A stretch of DNA of 64,000 bases, taken from NCBI GenBank assembly GCA_964016885.1, contig OZ024744.1, positions 101,494,001 through 101,558,000 of the forward strand, given 5' to 3'. The position numbers were made by a program, and so were the translations under genes. Of the stretch, positions 63,201 to 64,000 are shown piece after piece (position 1 is the stretch's first letter; each line of letters begins with the position of its first letter). Origin of the DNA: Eledone cirrhosa. Lineage: Eukaryota. The notes under the pieces are model-generated. The model had not been told where the DNA came from, made no database searches, and worked only from the letters and a program-made list of their open reading frames with translations.

Positions 63201-64000
63201 AATACTTTACAGTCGATAGTTAGTCTATCACATTACAGTCTATAATTAGTCTAATATTTGACCGTCTACAATTAGTGTAATACTTTACACTCTAAAGTTA
63301 GTCTAATACTTTACAGTCTATAGTTTGTCTAATACTTTACTTTCTATAGTTAATCTAATACTTTACAATCTATAGTTAGTATAATACCTTACTGTCTATA
63401 GTTAATCTAATACTTTACAGTCTACAGTTAGTCTAATACTTTACAGTCTATAGTTAGTCTAATACTTTACTGTCTATAGTTAATCTAATACTTTACAGTC
63501 TATAGTAAGTCTAATTTTTTACAGTCGATAATTAGTCTAACACTTTACATTCGATAATTAGTCTAATACTTTACAGTCTATAGTTAGTCTAATATTTTAC
63601 AGTCTATAGTTAGCCTAACACTTTACTGTCTATAGGAAGTCTAATACTTTACAGTCTATAGTTAGTATAATAATTTACTGTCTATAGTTAGCCTAACACT
63701 TTACTGTCTATAGTTATTCTAATACTTTACAGTCTATAGTTAATCTATTAATTAATGTCTATAATTAGTCTAATACTTTAATGTACATAGTGAGTCCAAT
63801 ACATTATAGTTTAAAGTTGGTCAAAAAATTTACAGTCTATAGTTATTCTAACACTTTACAGTTCCTAGTTAGTATAGTACCTTACTGTCTATAGTTAATC
63901 TAATACTTTACAGTCTATAGTTATTCTAATACTTTACAGTCTATAGTTAATCTAATAATTTACAGTCGATAGTTAGTGTAACACTTTAGAGTCGATAGTT
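33225..64000. repeat. 26-bp tandem satellite (SatC), consensus AGTCTATAGTTAGTCTAA(T/C)ACTTTAC, >30 kb, single orientation
   Basis: Period 26 (e.g. GTCTATAG at 33631 and 33657). A recurrent variant monomer carries TATCACTGGTC. The array runs off the right edge. Confidence 0.98.

Noticed and set aside
33225-64000. Telomeric repeat (TTAG-containing)
   Set aside because: The unit is a diverged 26-mer without TTAGGG/TTAGG runs or G-strand bias.

Overview
Eukaryotic, repeat-dominated DNA with no credible intact gene. The SINE and MITE families resemble Octopus repeats as I recall them, so the taxon is an unverified inference. Layout: (1) 1-19634 is a 48-bp tandem satellite with higher-order repeats and a clean ~3.7-kb internal inversion, and it ends in a SINE-type 3' tail. 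(2) 19858-20702 is a compound (CAC/CAT)n triplet tract. (3) ~21000-33200 is a field of decayed transposons: RTE-clade LINE relics with nested tRNA-derived SINEs and MITEs, plus a 95-bp satellite. (4) 33225-64000 is a 26-bp satellite with kb-scale higher-order duplications. The main result is that two of the three satellites trace to progenitor elements inside this window. The 48-bp unit is an internal segment of a SINE, and the 95-bp unit is the right end of a TTAA/piggyBac-like MITE plus flank plus a fold-back copy. The supplied ORFs over these arrays are translation artefacts. I found no CRISPR or prokaryotic system. All alignments were made by eye, so boundaries are approximate.
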